Source of the DNA: Zootoca vivipara
Lineage: Eukaryota
NCBI RefSeq assembly: GCF_963506605.1
Contig: NC_083292.1
Location: 35,836,001-35,900,000, forward strand
Length of the DNA: 64,000 bases
Direction of reading: 5' to 3'
The notes beneath the pieces are model-generated. The model saw only the letters and a program-made list of their open reading frames with translations. It was not told where the DNA came from and did not search any database. The position numbers and the translations under genes were made by a program. Within the stretch, counting starts at the first letter, position 1. Every line of letters starts with the position of its first letter. Shown piece by piece: positions 1 to 12,145 of this stretch.

Positions 1-99
1 GCTCAACCAATCGAGGAATCTTTTTGCCCAGTGTAGGGCTCAAATCCATGACCCTGAGGTTAAGAGCCTCATGCTCTACTGAGTGAACATGTGACTTAC

Positions 100-186
100 C
101 AAAGTCTCGGAGGAGTAGAAATGGACAGAAGGAGATCAAGTTCAGGGAAGCTGTTGAGATATCTCAGCCCAGGGAACCCTTTTATA
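100..186 (-). promoter_or_regulatory. Core promoter and non-coding exon 1 of a CBP gene (g0) whose coding exon lies left of the window
   Basis: Minus-strand TATAAAA (180-186), ACAGCTT at 154-148, donor G|GTAAGT at 100/99; homologous to the g3 promoter/exon 1 (17649-17735). Confidence 0.8.
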
Positions 187-746
187 CTCTTTTGACTGGA
201 TCCCCTGATGGCCCCACAGCTGGCTTGGATACACCCCCTGTTCCTCTGAAGCTGGAATTAGCAAATAATTTGTGATATGCCTCAGGCCCGCTAATTATTT
301 TAATAATAATGAAAAATGAGACAAAAGTGTTAGCATTTCCTCAACTTCCCACAACGCGTCTCTCCCACTCTGACACGTTTGATCTTGGCTTCTTAAAACT
401 TCTGCAAAACAAAGTTGAAAGAAATGAGTGTATGTTCCTTTTCTGACAGATCAACAGATATGTTGTCCCCATTTTCCCCCTCTTCAAAATAGCTAAAGTA
501 GCCGTGGGTGTTCAGAGTGGGCTACTTGACTTTCATATCCAGGATTTCAGTTGATCTTTCCAGCCACAACACATTGCCATCGTTCTCTACCTCCACTGCA
601 GTGGGAACCATTGGGAAGAGGGCTATTGAAATCACATCCTTCTTGTGGGTTTTTCATTGAATCTGGTTGGGCACAGTGGGGACAGGATGCTGGTCTAGAT
701 GCGGTTTTTCCTTTTTATTTATTTTTCTGATTATTATTTTTTAAAA

Positions 747-972
747 GAGAGCTAGTGTGGTATAGTGGTTAAGAGCGGTAGACTCGTAATCTGGGGAACC
801 GGGTTCGCGTCTCCGCTCCTCCACATGCAGCTGCTGGGTGACCTTGGGCTAGTCACACTTCTCTGAAGTCTCTCAGCCCCACTCACCTCACAGAGTGTTT
901 GTTGTGGGGGAGGAAGGGAAAGGAGAATGTTAGCCACTTTGAGACTTCTTCGGGTAGTGATAAAGCGGGATA
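747..972 (+). mobile_element. tRNA-derived squamate SINE (Squam1-like), cut by the assembly gap
   Basis: Head GAGCTAGTGTGGTATAGTGGTTAAGAGC (A box) and GGGTTCGCGTCTCC (B-box-like); a truncated head of the same family occurs at ~22070. Confidence 0.7.
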
Positions 973-1101
973 NNNNNNNNNNNNNNNNNNNNNNNNNNNN
1001 NNNNNNNNNNNNNNNNNNNNNNNNNNNNNNNNNNNNNNNNNNNNNNNNNNNNNNNNNNNNNNNNNNNNNNNNNNNNNNNNNNNNNNNNNNNNNNNNNNNN
1101 N
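973..1101. other. Assembly gap (129 N)
   Basis: Run of N. Confidence 1.
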
Positions 1102-2346
1102 CAAGAAACATTCCACATATTAGCAAGGCAAACAGTGCTGTAAAATATGAAGCAGGTTAGACTCATCGTTTAGAGTTGGTTTTTATCGCTTCTGTCTTCC
1201 ACTTTGCCTTAACTTATTGCTCCAGAGTGAGCAATGGGTGGCTTTGTTCTTTCCACTGTGTTGAGTAAACATATACCATACAGTTTCCAAGTGATCTTTG
1301 GTCTTTATGTTTCTTGGTGCTCTAAAATGCTTCACTTGGTGTCTCCGCAAGAGCTATGTTCCATAGTCATCATGCTTCTGAAGCTAAACTAGTTGCTGTT
1401 TTCCAATGTTGTGTTTATGAATTTCTAGCTGCAGACCAAAAGACTGCTAGATCCTTCCACATTTAATTTTTATGGACATCTCTTAACAAATTAAGTAAAG
1501 CTAGCTTTTAATCAGGTTGTATCGCCTGCCTGTAATAAAAGATATCTCTTCAAAGGCAATTTCAAAAAATAACTGTATAAGTAATGCTCTAATATTCATT
1601 GACACAAGATTATCATATATACAGGTACCCAATGAGGCAACATTATTCGACTGTGTTAGTGAGAAAACATGGTTTTTTTGGGGGGGGGAATAGGTTTGAT
1701 GTATCCAGTGATGATGGGAGTTGTGATCCAGTAAAACATCTGGAGAACTACAGATTTAGCTGCCCTGTACTAGAAAATGGTGCCAGTAAATAAAGGATCA
1801 AATATTAAACTCACTTATTATATTAGCCATTCCTGGATTACACAAATTTCCAATCTCTCTCTAATTCATAATGCCAAAGTTGCCAACAAAATGCAAAATT
1901 TTTAAAAAATGTAATAAAATCCCTGAATAGCCACCTGTTTCCATATTCATTCTTACACAAGCATCAGAAATCCTATCCTCTGTCCCATCAATATGCAAGA
2001 TTGCATGGGGCAGATAGAAGAGATGGCAGCTTTTTGGTGATCTGTTGTTTATCCATACTGAGAGTAGACCTATTGAAAGCAATGAACAAGCCAGCCATCA
2101 CCCTTGATTTTTTATGGATGTAACCTAAGAATGATATCCACCATCACAATCACTTCAGCTATCAGTGTTTGTGATTTGTTGCTAATAAATGAAAGTGTTT
2201 CAGTGGTTTCTGAAAACGGGATTGCTATTTGCTTGGTGTGTGTGTGTGTGTGGAAGTTTTTAATGTTTGAAGTTTTGTCATGTTTTTAATATTCTGCCAG
2301 GAGCTGCCCAGAGCGACTGGGGAATAATAATAATAGTAGTAGTAGT

Positions 2347-2384
<38 letters not shown>

Positions 2385-2625
2385 TCTTTTTGGGTGTTCG
2401 GGGTGTTAAGGGATGGATAGTACCTCTGTTTGGGGACACAACATGCTCCTTTTCAGATAATTTGCCCACCTTTGGTCCCCACCCTGCCCTCAAATCTCAC
2501 CTGTGGCTCCTAGAAGCTGGCAACATGCGACATTGGCCACACCCCAGGAGCAGCTTCGACTGTCCAGCTAAACCAGGTGAGGGTAGCCAATGGACCTCAA
2601 ACCCTTAGTGAGCTAGGAGACCAAT

Positions 2626-2763
2626 CTCCTTCATGGATCACTGCCTTGTCGTGGTGATGGGGCTTGAATAAGTCAGAGAAGCTATGTGCTATAGAAGACA
2701 GGAGTGCCTGGCGTGCTCTGGTCCATGGGGTCACGAAGAGTCGGACACGACTAAACAACAACA
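2626..2763 (+). mobile_element. Mini BovB-derived retroposon (5' end fused to 3' end)
   Basis: CATGGATCACTGCCTTGTCGTGG (BovB-like 5' end) joined to GAAGACAGGAGTGCCTGGCGTGC...CGACTAAACAACAACAA (BovB 3' end); 11-bp TSD AGGAGACCAAT at 2615-2625 and 2764-2774. Confidence 0.7.
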
Positions 2764-3246
2764 AGGAGACCAATAGTGGGTCCAACAATCAAGAAGGTGG
2801 TTTCTGCATGAGCTGTATAGGGAAGTGCGGGACAGATGGTGCTTGTCAGCCTGGGAAGGGAGCCCATCAAAGAGAAGAAAAACTCTGATCCTAAACCTCT
2901 GCTGCCTTGCAGAGTATCTTCAGATGGAGAAATGGCTAACAAGTACGGTAAACACTACACAAATCTGGAGTACAGACCCCAAGGCAGTTGGATGGTGCCT
3001 CGTAAGCTGCCTTGCAGACAAGCTGGTGCCAAACGTTTTGGTCTACTTTCATTTGGCCACTGGCCAGGACCTCCAAGCCCACTGCCCAGGCTTGTGCCCC
3101 AGGGAGGTCACTTCAGTTCTGCTAACACAGTGTCTTGACTTAACCCCTGTAGGCACACTCCATTGTCTCTCAAGACGAACAGATGCTAACAGCAGTGCCT
3201 TCCTTTGGTTTCAGATTTTTAAAATGTATTGTATTTATTTTATATA

Positions 3247-3465
3247 CAGTGGGACCTTGGGTCTCGAACAGTTTAGTTGATGAACAAATTGGAACCCCAA
3301 CGCCGCAAACCCGGAAGTAAATGCTTTGGTTTGCGAACTTGTTTTGGAAGCCAAATGCCCGATGCAGTTGTCGGCTATTGTTTCTGCCGCGCCTTGGCTT
3401 TTGAATGTTTTGGAAGTCGAATGGACTTCTGGAACAGATTACGTTCGAGGACCAAGGTACCAATG
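3247..3465. mobile_element. Tc1/mariner (Tigger-like) MITE
   Basis: TA-flanked, TIR CAGTGGGACCTTGG / CCAAGGTACCAATG. Confidence 0.7.
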
Positions 3466-4097
3466 TATTTGCATGGAGTTTATAGTTCTAGCTTGTTTGC
3501 TTAACTTTTTTTTTAGAACAAGGGTATCATCTTTTCCATAGTGGCCAACCAGATGCTTCTTGGTTATCCCACAAGTAGAACATTGGAGCCATAGCACTTT
3601 CCTGCTGTTGTTCTCAGGCCCTGTTAGTGACATCTGTCTGGCCACTGCAAAAACAGGGGGCTGGGTTAGATTGGTCTTTTTCATGATGCAGCAGGGCTTC
3701 TCCCATGTTTGTACATCATTTTAAGACTCTGCCTTCCTCTAATATTGGTGCTGTCCTAAAATCCCATATATGTATGCAAAAAGCTTTGATAATGACTGAG
3801 AGTCCCCAGAGCTGATGAAGAACCTTCATCTCCATCTTCTCCCTCTGGGTGTTTCTGTTAAAAGCAACAGATAAATTAGAGCAATTTGGCTTGAGGCCAA
3901 CAACATGAAAAGAACGAGTGAGGGAAAAACATGATGCCAAGACTATTTGTGTTGCATTATTACAACCACTTAATTTTGTGACCTCCCTCTTTTGTGCTTA
4001 GCAAAGTAATTTTGCATATTCCATTGTTGACAGCTAAGTAAAATGTTTGCAGGAAATACGTAGGCGGTTTCTGAGTCAAAGGGGCAGCTGGCAGAAC

Positions 4098-4181
4098 TAT
4101 ATAAAAGCTCAGAGTTCTCTCACTTCCTCCAACAGCTTCACCTGACTCTTCTGTCTTCACTACATCTTCTCAAAGAAGCAG
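4098..4181 (+). promoter_or_regulatory. g1 core promoter and non-coding exon 1
   Basis: TATATAAAA 4098-4106, ACAGCTT 4132-4138, donor CAG|GTAAGT at 4181/4182; AP-1-like TGAGTCA at 4072-4078. Confidence 0.85.
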
Positions 4182-4391
4182 GTAAGTCCGATTTCTTGGG
4201 GGAATATTTCGGAATTTATCAGAAGTTTATGACAGTGGAAGGCTAGATTGATATTCCCACTAGAGCAAGGATGATCATCCTTTGGTCCTTGAACTTTGGT
4301 CACTCTAGTCTTGACCTTTGGGCTTGCTGGCTGAGGGGACTAGAGTCCAGTGACAACCGGAGGACTATAGTTCATCCTACCTACTTCATAC

Positions 4392-4790
4392 TTGTGTAAA
4401 CTGCTGCATACCCATACATCACTTAGGGTTAGACTTGTGGCAAATGGGTTGCTCTCTGATAATATCCCTAATGAGCAGGGAGTCCGACAGGGATGCCTCA
4501 TAGCACCCTTTCTTTTGAATTTTTATATAAATGATATTGTTCAAGAACTAAGAGGCCTAGAATATTTTCCTGTTTCTATTCAGGGTGTCAAACTCTCAAT
4601 TCTTCTGTATGCCGACAATATTGTTTTGATTTCTGCTTACCTAAATTGGGATGCGGAGACTTTTCAGGAAGTTGAATGTCTTTTGCACAAAAGAGCAGTT
4701 AACGGTCAACCGTTCTAAAATTAAAGCGGTAATTTTTGGGAAGAACAGAAAACCTCACAGATGGAGTTTGGACAGGAAACCTATAATATG
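4392..4790 (+). mobile_element. Degenerate non-LTR retrotransposon reverse-transcriptase fragment in the g1 intron
   Basis: Translation GVRQGCLIAPFLLNFYINDI...ILLYADNIVL matches LINE RT motifs (QG.PLSP, YADD); frameshifted. Confidence 0.8.
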
Positions 4791-5444
4791 TGATCCCTAA
4801 TTGGTTGGGACATGTTGGACAGGAGAGAATAAGTACTGGGCTTCCAATTGTTGTTGAAGTACAATTGTCATGATCCTTGACCATAGGACATGCTGTCTAC
4901 ATCTGATGGGAGTCGAAGCATCATATCTGACGATTTATGATGCTCTGTTGCTTTTTGGTTTTCATGCTCCATTTTCTGCTCACTTCTGCAATCTTGTTTT
5001 TTTAAAAAAAATAGTTTTATTTGAAAATTTGTTAAAACATTACACAACATCTTCGAACCAATCCAAGAACATTCAGCTGCATTTTTCACATATCGAAATT
5101 ATGAGGTATCGAAAAGGAAAAAAGGGGGGGGGGTAAGAGAGAAAGGGGGGAATGAAATGTGAGTGGGCAAAAGGGCGTAGGGCCATGGGAGGGGGGGAAA
5201 TAAACAAACAAACAAAAGCAAAAAAAGGGGTAAACAGGGAGGGAAAAGGGTAGGGGTAGGAGAGGGAAAGGGAGGGGGCGAAGAAAGTAAAAAAAAGAAA
5301 AAAAGAAAAAAAGAAAAAAAAGATCTTGTTTTTTAGATTCATCTTCAGTCATGGTTGACTGTGGTCCATCCCCATTGAAGTGATGTACCCCACACTTATT
5401 TTCTCCCTTGGTGTTTTTGCTTTCAGTCTCACCTCCATCCAACA

Positions 5445-5948
5445 ATGGTTGACTGTGGTCCATCCTGCGCCGTCCCATCCTGTGCTTCCACCCCCACCGT
5501 TGGATTCGGATCAGCAGGAGGTCTTGGCTATGGTGGTCTCGGCTCTGGATTGGGAGGTCTCGGCTATGGATGGGGAGGTCAGGGCTTCGGATTTGGAGGC
5601 CTGGGCTATGGATATGGAGGTGCTGAAAGAGCAGCCAATCTCGGTGTCCTGGATGGAGTCATCCCTTCATGCATCAATCAGATCCCACCAGCAGAGGTCG
5701 TCATCCAGCCACCTGCCTCCATTGTGACCATCCCAGGGCCCATCCTGTCTGCCAGCTGTGAGCCTGTGGCTGTTGGAGGCAACACTCCATGTGCTGTTGG
5801 TGGTTCCGGGATCGTAGGGGGTTATGGAGGGTGGGGCTATGGGTCTGGCCTCCTTGGAAGCTCTGGGGGCTGGGGCTATGGTTTGGGCTACGGGAAGGGG
5901 GCACTCCTTGGCAGGAGGTTTGGGCGTCGTGGTAACATCTGTGCGTAG
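5445..5948 (+). CDS. Corneous beta-protein (beta-keratin), Gly/Tyr-rich, g1, 167 aa
   Basis: CBP beta-sheet core CINQIPPAEVVIQPPASIVTIPGPILSASCEPVAVGG; N-term CGPSCAVPSCAS; acceptor TTTCAG at 5421-5426; AATAAA 6168-6173. Confidence 0.95.
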   Translation: MVDCGPSCAVPSCASTPTVGFGSAGGLGYGGLGSGLGGLGYGWGGQGFGFGGLGYGYGGAERAANLGVLDGVIPSCINQIPPAEVVIQPPASIVTIPGPILSASCEPVAVGGNTPCAVGGSGIVGGYGGWGYGSGLLGSSGGWGYGLGYGKGALLGRRFGRRGNICA

Positions 5949-8808
5949 GCTAATTAAACCTGAGAAGCATATTATGAACTAATAATCAGAGAGCTTGATA
6001 CAGATCCATTGGGCATAGTTCAAAAGAGCTAAATCCCAGGAACAACTGCTGACATTGAACCCTCTTCTTCCCCCACGTCTTTGCTTTGAAGTCCAGAGAA
6101 CTAAGATGCTTATATGCTAAATTTCTTCTGTATTTCTCATACAGAATGCCATTTCTTGAATCTTTTCAATAAAGCTTTTGGCGCATTATGGTAACTCGTG
6201 TGTGTTGGTTTTTGTAACAGTTGGCCTCAGTTCCTCACAGCAAGCTGCCTAGCTGACTGAAGGAAATTTTTGTCTGAATTAAAACTGGAAAGTGGCTCAA
6301 GACATGTTTATCAACAAGAAAACTGACAGATGTTTGGAGTTTTTTTTAATGATAATCTTTATTTACTTTACATATTTACAACCAAATACATTTCACTTAT
6401 ATCAAATTTTCAACAGTATATAGAAAGACAAAAAAGAAAGAAAGAAAAGAAAACGGAAAAAGAAAAGAAGAAAAGAAAATTTTGCGTTAACCATAAAACA
6501 AATATTAATACAAATATGTTTGGAGGTTTTATAATCCAACTTTAAGGGATTATACATTTTACTGTACTTGCAAGCTCATAGATCCCTCTGAATGTGATAT
6601 TTTAAAATATCTGCTAATTTGGTCACTAGTGTAAAATCTATTCCAGTGTTTCTAATGAGTTATGCAGATCATGCACTAATAAAATTGAAAATCAAACTGT
6701 CAAATAATTATAACAATAGACTAGAGAATGAATAACAGTATATCAGGAAGAGGAGACATAAAGACACAAATTGAACAACATTTAGACTTTTTAAAGTGCA
6801 TAAACACCATGACCATATATGGGATGCAACTGAATCTTATATCAGAGTGTTCTGACAGAACAAAATAGCAGCAGCTATTCTCTCAAACAGAAAAAATGGT
6901 TCAAAATATTAAGAAAATACACATTAGCATAAGCAAACATGGTGCGTGAAGTTAAGAACAACAGAGAACATTCAAAATATCCAAGCCGAAAAACTGGAAT
7001 GCTTTACCAACTGTAAAAAATAAAATGATTAAAGAAGGTTGAAATGCAGCCATAAACCATCTAAATCACTATCAAAACACCTGAAAGATAAACAGATTCA
7101 AATGTTTATTCCATCAATTAAATATAAGTATAAAGATGCGAGAAATTGCAGAAACCTTTTACCGGGAATTGTATACTTGGCAGAAAAAACATACATTGAA
7201 ACTATAGAATCTGGGGATTGGGAAAATATTGTTTAGCAGGAAGTAAAACAGCTGGATGTTATCTTGGAGTAAATATTTTGAATCATTTCTGTTGTGTGCC
7301 AAGGACCAAGACTTCCCACCAAATAATTCGCACTTCACACGGAAATAAAGTTTTGGTTTTTGGCATTACTTTGGCCACAACTTTATTTAAATACAACTGA
7401 ATGTGAGTGGTTGCTTAGGCATTGGTTCCCATGCCATCTGTCCCCCACCTGGGACAGATCTGACTCCCCTAGTGTACTGGGGAAGTCAGGATAGGTAAGC
7501 ACCCTCTGAGAGAGGCTGGGGAAGGGCACCACGGCCTATGACCTCTTCCCCAGGTGCTCCCTGAGGCTCATGCGCAGTCCTAGCCCCTAGCGGGGGTACG
7601 GACAAACATGTGGAGCCCCAGGATTCCTTTAACGGAATACCCCTAAAGGCAGCAGCAATTTTGAGGGGCAGGCCCAGCCAAATCCTTAGCCCTCCACCAT
7701 CCAATTTGAACCAATGCCTAACCGCCAACCTTACAAGTTGTGACATTTTGCTATGTAGTAGGCAAAAACCACCTGGCACCAGCCAATCAGCCAGATAGCA
7801 AAATTCCTACTTGGCCCCCGCAGCAATACAGATGACCCCATGACAGGCACAGCAACGTCAAGCGCAGCAAAACCCCCTAAATATAGGGAGGGAGGGAGGG
7901 AGATCCGTTGCAAGCACCCAAAAGCGAAAGCGAAAGCTGCTTGCACCCATATATAGGCTGTGGCTGTCAATCAAAATTAGCAACATAACATTCTCCCCAG
8001 CAACATACCCTCAGTGGCCATCCAAACTGACCTGCCCCTACTGACCAGGGAACGTCTTGTTAACCCTTCCGCAACCCAATCTCTCCTTAAGGGGAGAACC
8101 TGCTTTATGTAGCTGGCAGACGGAAAATTGGAAGTCCTTTTCTCTTTCTTTTTTCTTTCCTCTTTTCTTCTCTTTATACTCTTACTTGGCTCCCCACCCC
8201 CCATTTGTCTTCCTTGGTGTCCTCAGCTCTGGGCCATTATTGGGACCCAAGGATTACACAGACATCAAAGTGATGGATTGTTGGTGAAGGACCCGGAGTG
8301 AGAGGCAGAGAAGGGAGAGGCCGAGAGAAAAAAGGAAAGCGTCCAGGCACTGGCACCCTACTCTTGGGGGGCCTTGGGGGCCAGGGCACTCACAAAAAAT
8401 GTTGTGGGTGCTCAGCACCTGCACCACAAGGCATCTGACATGACTCCCAGGTCCTCATGTGGCACCGGAAGTCACGTCTTGTCAAGGCTCTGCCAAGGCA
8501 TCAAAATTGGAAAAATGAGGAAGTTCCAAGCTGCCATTTTGACTGCAGCAACTTGACAGAGAAGAGTTCTTGTTGGCCGGCAAGGAGGGGGAAAAATTGT
8601 TAAAAGATGGACATTTTTTTTTGGGGGGGGATAAGAAAGTTGAAGAAAACACCACTCCATATAATTTATTCTCTTTGATCTAATACTTTTTGCCTGATTT
8701 ATTTAGTGTTTAATTGGGGTGGGAGCTTAATTTATGGATTTGGAATTACTTTACACAGAGAGAGAGAGAGAGAGAGAGCTGGTAATATGCCTGTGATTAA
8801 TCAAAGTA

Positions 8809-8996
8809 CAGTGGTACCTTGGTTTACAAACACAATTAGTTCCAGAAGTCTGTACTTAACCTGAAGCGTACTTAACCTGAAGCGAACTTTCCCATTGAAA
8901 GTAATGGAAAGTGGATTAATCCGTTCCAGACGGGTCCGCGGAGTACTTAAACTAAAAATACTCAAACTGAGGCATACTTAAACCGAGGTAAGACTG
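8809..8996. mobile_element. Tc1/mariner (Tigger-like) MITE
   Basis: TA TSD; ends CAGTGGTACCTTGGTTTA / TAAACCGAGGTAAGACTG. Confidence 0.75.
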
Positions 8997-9266
8997 TATG
9001 CAATTTATATTTTCTTCTCCTCCTTCACATTCATTTCCACAGATTTTTTTCCATATTAATATAGATGGTTATTACTTTTTTTTAGTATCTGTAGATAAGA
9101 ATTTATTTTTAAAAATAAGAAAGCTTTTTTTAAAGGTATGCTTTTTAAAATCTCCCTCTTTTCTTTTCCCCTTTTCTTTTTCTTAGCTAAGTATTTATTA
9201 TTATATACTTCCTTTTTCCTCAGTTATTATTCTAATGGATGGACTGATGGTACCTACATATTTATA

Positions 9267-9771
9267 TGTCAGGGACTGGACTGAAGAGGAGGGCTGGGGA
9301 TCACCCCCTCCTTCTCCTCTGCTTCCCTTGGAGGAGGTGTGAGAGTGGGGGGGATCACCCCCCTTCTCCAGTAGTTTCAAGAGAAGAGGGAGACAGGATT
9401 GAGTCTCAGAACTCAGAACTTGGTTGAACTCAGAGCTGCCAAGTTATGAGGTGTCAGAAGAAGGAGTGGGAGTTGGAGAACTGCCAGCAGAGATGTCCTT
9501 GGAAAGCACAGAATCTCCACCATCCCCACATACTCAAGAGCCAAGGGCTCCAAAACATTTGACTCCTGAGGCCCCCCTCAGGAGTGTTGCTGAGCCACAG
9601 GCTGTTGCTGGGGAAGGAAGGGGAGGAGATCAGAGTGAGCAACGTCAGTATGGAGTTAAAGACTGGAATTATTTGCCTTTCACCACGATGACTGAATAAA
9701 ACCATAAATACGAACTTTCTTGTTTCTTCCTTGATGCTACTGGGGGAGGAGAAAATCCCTCGAGCCTGACA
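9267..9771 (+). mobile_element. Solo LTR (505 bp)
   Basis: TGTCAGG...CCTGACA termini, 5-bp TSD TTATA, AATAAA at 9695-9700. Confidence 0.8.
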
Positions 9772-9826
9772 TTATATGTCTTCATTAAACTTAAGGATCT
9801 CTATTCTCTCCCTCTCTCCTCATGTA

Positions 9827-10171
9827 CATAGCCGCCAAGTTCCAGCCTGAGAAATAAGGGACTGGACCGGAAGTAGCAGACCGGAAGTAGCGCTGTCACC
9901 ATTTTGGAACTGGGCGGAGCATGCTCAGAAGCTACTTTTGATGCTGCTCTGCCCTGTTTCAAAATGGCCGCTGCACCAGAAGTCGCGCTGCAGCCATTTT
10001 GGAACTGGGCAACGCAGCATCAAAAGTCGCTTCTGAGCATGCTCCGGCCAGTTCCAAAATGGCCGCCACGCCAGGATAAACCGGGAAAAACAAAAAAATC
10101 AGGTTTTTTTGGCTGAGAACAGCTGGAAAAACGGGGGTTTCCCGGGGAATACGGGAGACTTGGCAGCTATG
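9827..10171. mobile_element. hAT-like MITE with long internal hairpin (left arm only)
   Basis: TIR CATAGCCGCCAAGT / ACTTGGCAGCTATG, flanking CATGTA repeat; internal inverted repeat ~9899-9970 vs ~9992-10065. Confidence 0.75.
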
Positions 10172-10547
10172 CATGTATTGTTGACTTTTTGATTAGAAAG
10201 GCACTATCACACTGCAATGATGTTATAACATCATTCCTATCTGATTATACAGAAACATATTTGCCATAGGCAACTGATTGGCTACTTTGAGAACAGGATG
10301 CTGCACAAGAAAGGCCTTTGACCTGACCCAACAGGGCTCTCTCTTCTTCTCTTCCTCTGTCCTTTCCATGTCCATAGTTCTCACCATTAGGACAAGACTT
10401 GTCACTCCCACTTCATGCTTTTAGGTATGGGATGGGATGGGGAAGCTCTGACTCTGCAAAAGTTGTTGGACTCTAACTTGCACCAGATCCAGCAATCCTG
10501 ACCGAAGGACAGGGATGACAAGAGCTGGAGTCCAATAATGTCTAGAC

Positions 10548-11390
10548 CATAGGTAGGCAAACTAGGGCCCGGGAACCGGATCCGGCCCAATCACCTTCTC
10601 AATCCGGCCCGCGGATGGTCTGGGAATCAGCGTGTTTTTACATGAGTAGAATGTGTGCTTTTATTTAAAATCTCTGGGTTATTTGTGGGGCATAGGAATT
10701 TGTTCATCCACCCCCCCCCCCAAAAAAAAATAGTCTGGCCCACCACAAAGTCTGAGAGACGGTGGACTGGCCCCCCGCTGAAAAACTTTGCCGATCCTTC
10801 ATTAAAATTTGCCAATCTAGTATGCTGCGTGTGTTTTTGCTTTTCAAGTTTCTTGTGACTAATACTCTTGCCGCTACTATTCCATACATTAACAGCGTTC
10901 TATTTGCACTTTTAATATCCTCTGGAATTATATTTAGAAGAAACATTTCTAATGAAAGAATACTCACAGCTAGCAAAATTTACTGGAAGAATTAGAGGGC
11001 AAACGAAACAAAACAAAACAAAAAGGAATGGAGGATCTTTGGTGAATATATATTGGATAATAAGATATCCAAAATCCAAACGGCAGAACATAATTGAACC
11101 TAAATTGAAGTTAAAGGAAATATAATGAGTAAATAGAATAAGAATTGTGCGATATAGTAAGGATAATATATGTAAATTACAGAGTGAAAAATTGGAAGTC
11201 AACATAGAGAAGACATGAATGAATGTTTAATTTATATTTTTGCTTTTTTTCTATTGTTAAAGATTTTTTTGTATGTACTGTAGAATGTTTTTCTTTTCTT
11301 TTCTGTAAACATGTTGTGTGTTAATGTTTTTAAAGAAAGAAACTAATAAAAAATTATTTTTTAAAAAATGAAAAAGTTTGCTGACCCCTG
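10548..11390. mobile_element. hAT MITE carrying a nested L1 3' fragment
   Basis: 8-bp TSD GTCTAGAC (10540-10547, 11391-11398); ends CATAGGTAGGCAAACT / AGTTTGCTGACCCCTG; mirror copy at 56596-57419. Confidence 0.75.
10798..11367 (+). mobile_element. L1 3' fragment with 5' inversion (twin priming)
   Basis: ORF2 C-terminal ...LLMYGIVAARVLVTRNLK...ILDWQILM on minus strand (10798-10967), continuation LAKFTGRIRGQ on plus strand from ~10968, AATAAA and A-rich tail. Confidence 0.7.
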
Positions 11391-12145
11391 GTCTAGACTC
11401 TTGAGGGTCACTTGATATGTACCCCCAATCAAGGTGCACCAAGGACTCTTCTTGAACCCTATAACCTTCCCTGTTGTTATGAGAAATCTATTCCCCTAGT
11501 CATATGATTTAATTATGACCCACTTCCCCAAATGACAGCAAAGAGGAATCAGGAGAAGGGGCACAACTGCTTCCTTGCACCTATTTAACCCACCCTCCCT
11601 GGTCCTTTAGCGATCAGCAAAAAGTTGCATTTGGCCCCTGACAATGATTCATTTCTCTGAATGAATAACCAGTCAGGGTGCCCCGGAGAGAGACCCTGTA
11701 CTCATGTTGAATAAGAGGAGAATAGTAATTTCTAGAGGAATATAACATACTTTTTCCACACTCAATGTAAACCCTTCAGGATGCAAGAGAGAAAGATACT
11801 TCCCCCCCCCCCAATACTCAAAAAAAGGGTTTAAGACCTTGGACACCTTGCTACGAGATACTGGAGGTGGAGTTATAAAAACAAAGACACACAGGTTATC
11901 AGAATGCAGAACAAGCTTTATTGAAAAGGTCAAAGAAAAAGAAAGGATAGTTGTACAATAGGCAAAAAAGGTGCATATTGTAGATAGTTCTTGGTCTTCT
12001 CAACTTCCTAATACAGAGGGGGGAATTAAGAGGGTTCAACTTCAGCAGCGGTTGCTTGGATTCAGGTCTTCTGAACCTTAGTGAATGGATCTGTATCAAG
12101 CTCTCTGATTATCAGTTCGTAATATTATTCTCGGGTTTAATTGAC

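Noticed and set aside
752-1166. ORFs spanning the N run
   Set aside because: Artefacts of translating the gap
5380-5727. Recurrent alternative-frame and antisense ORFs over CBP exons (e.g. HPVLPPP...HASTRSHQQRS)
   Set aside because: Shadows of the conserved, Gly-codon-rich CBP frame; start and stop positions vary among paralogs
7400-8300. Moderately GC-rich unique-looking block between g1 and g2
   Set aside because: Probably a degenerate repeat; I could not find termini, TSD or a credible protein motif, so no call is made
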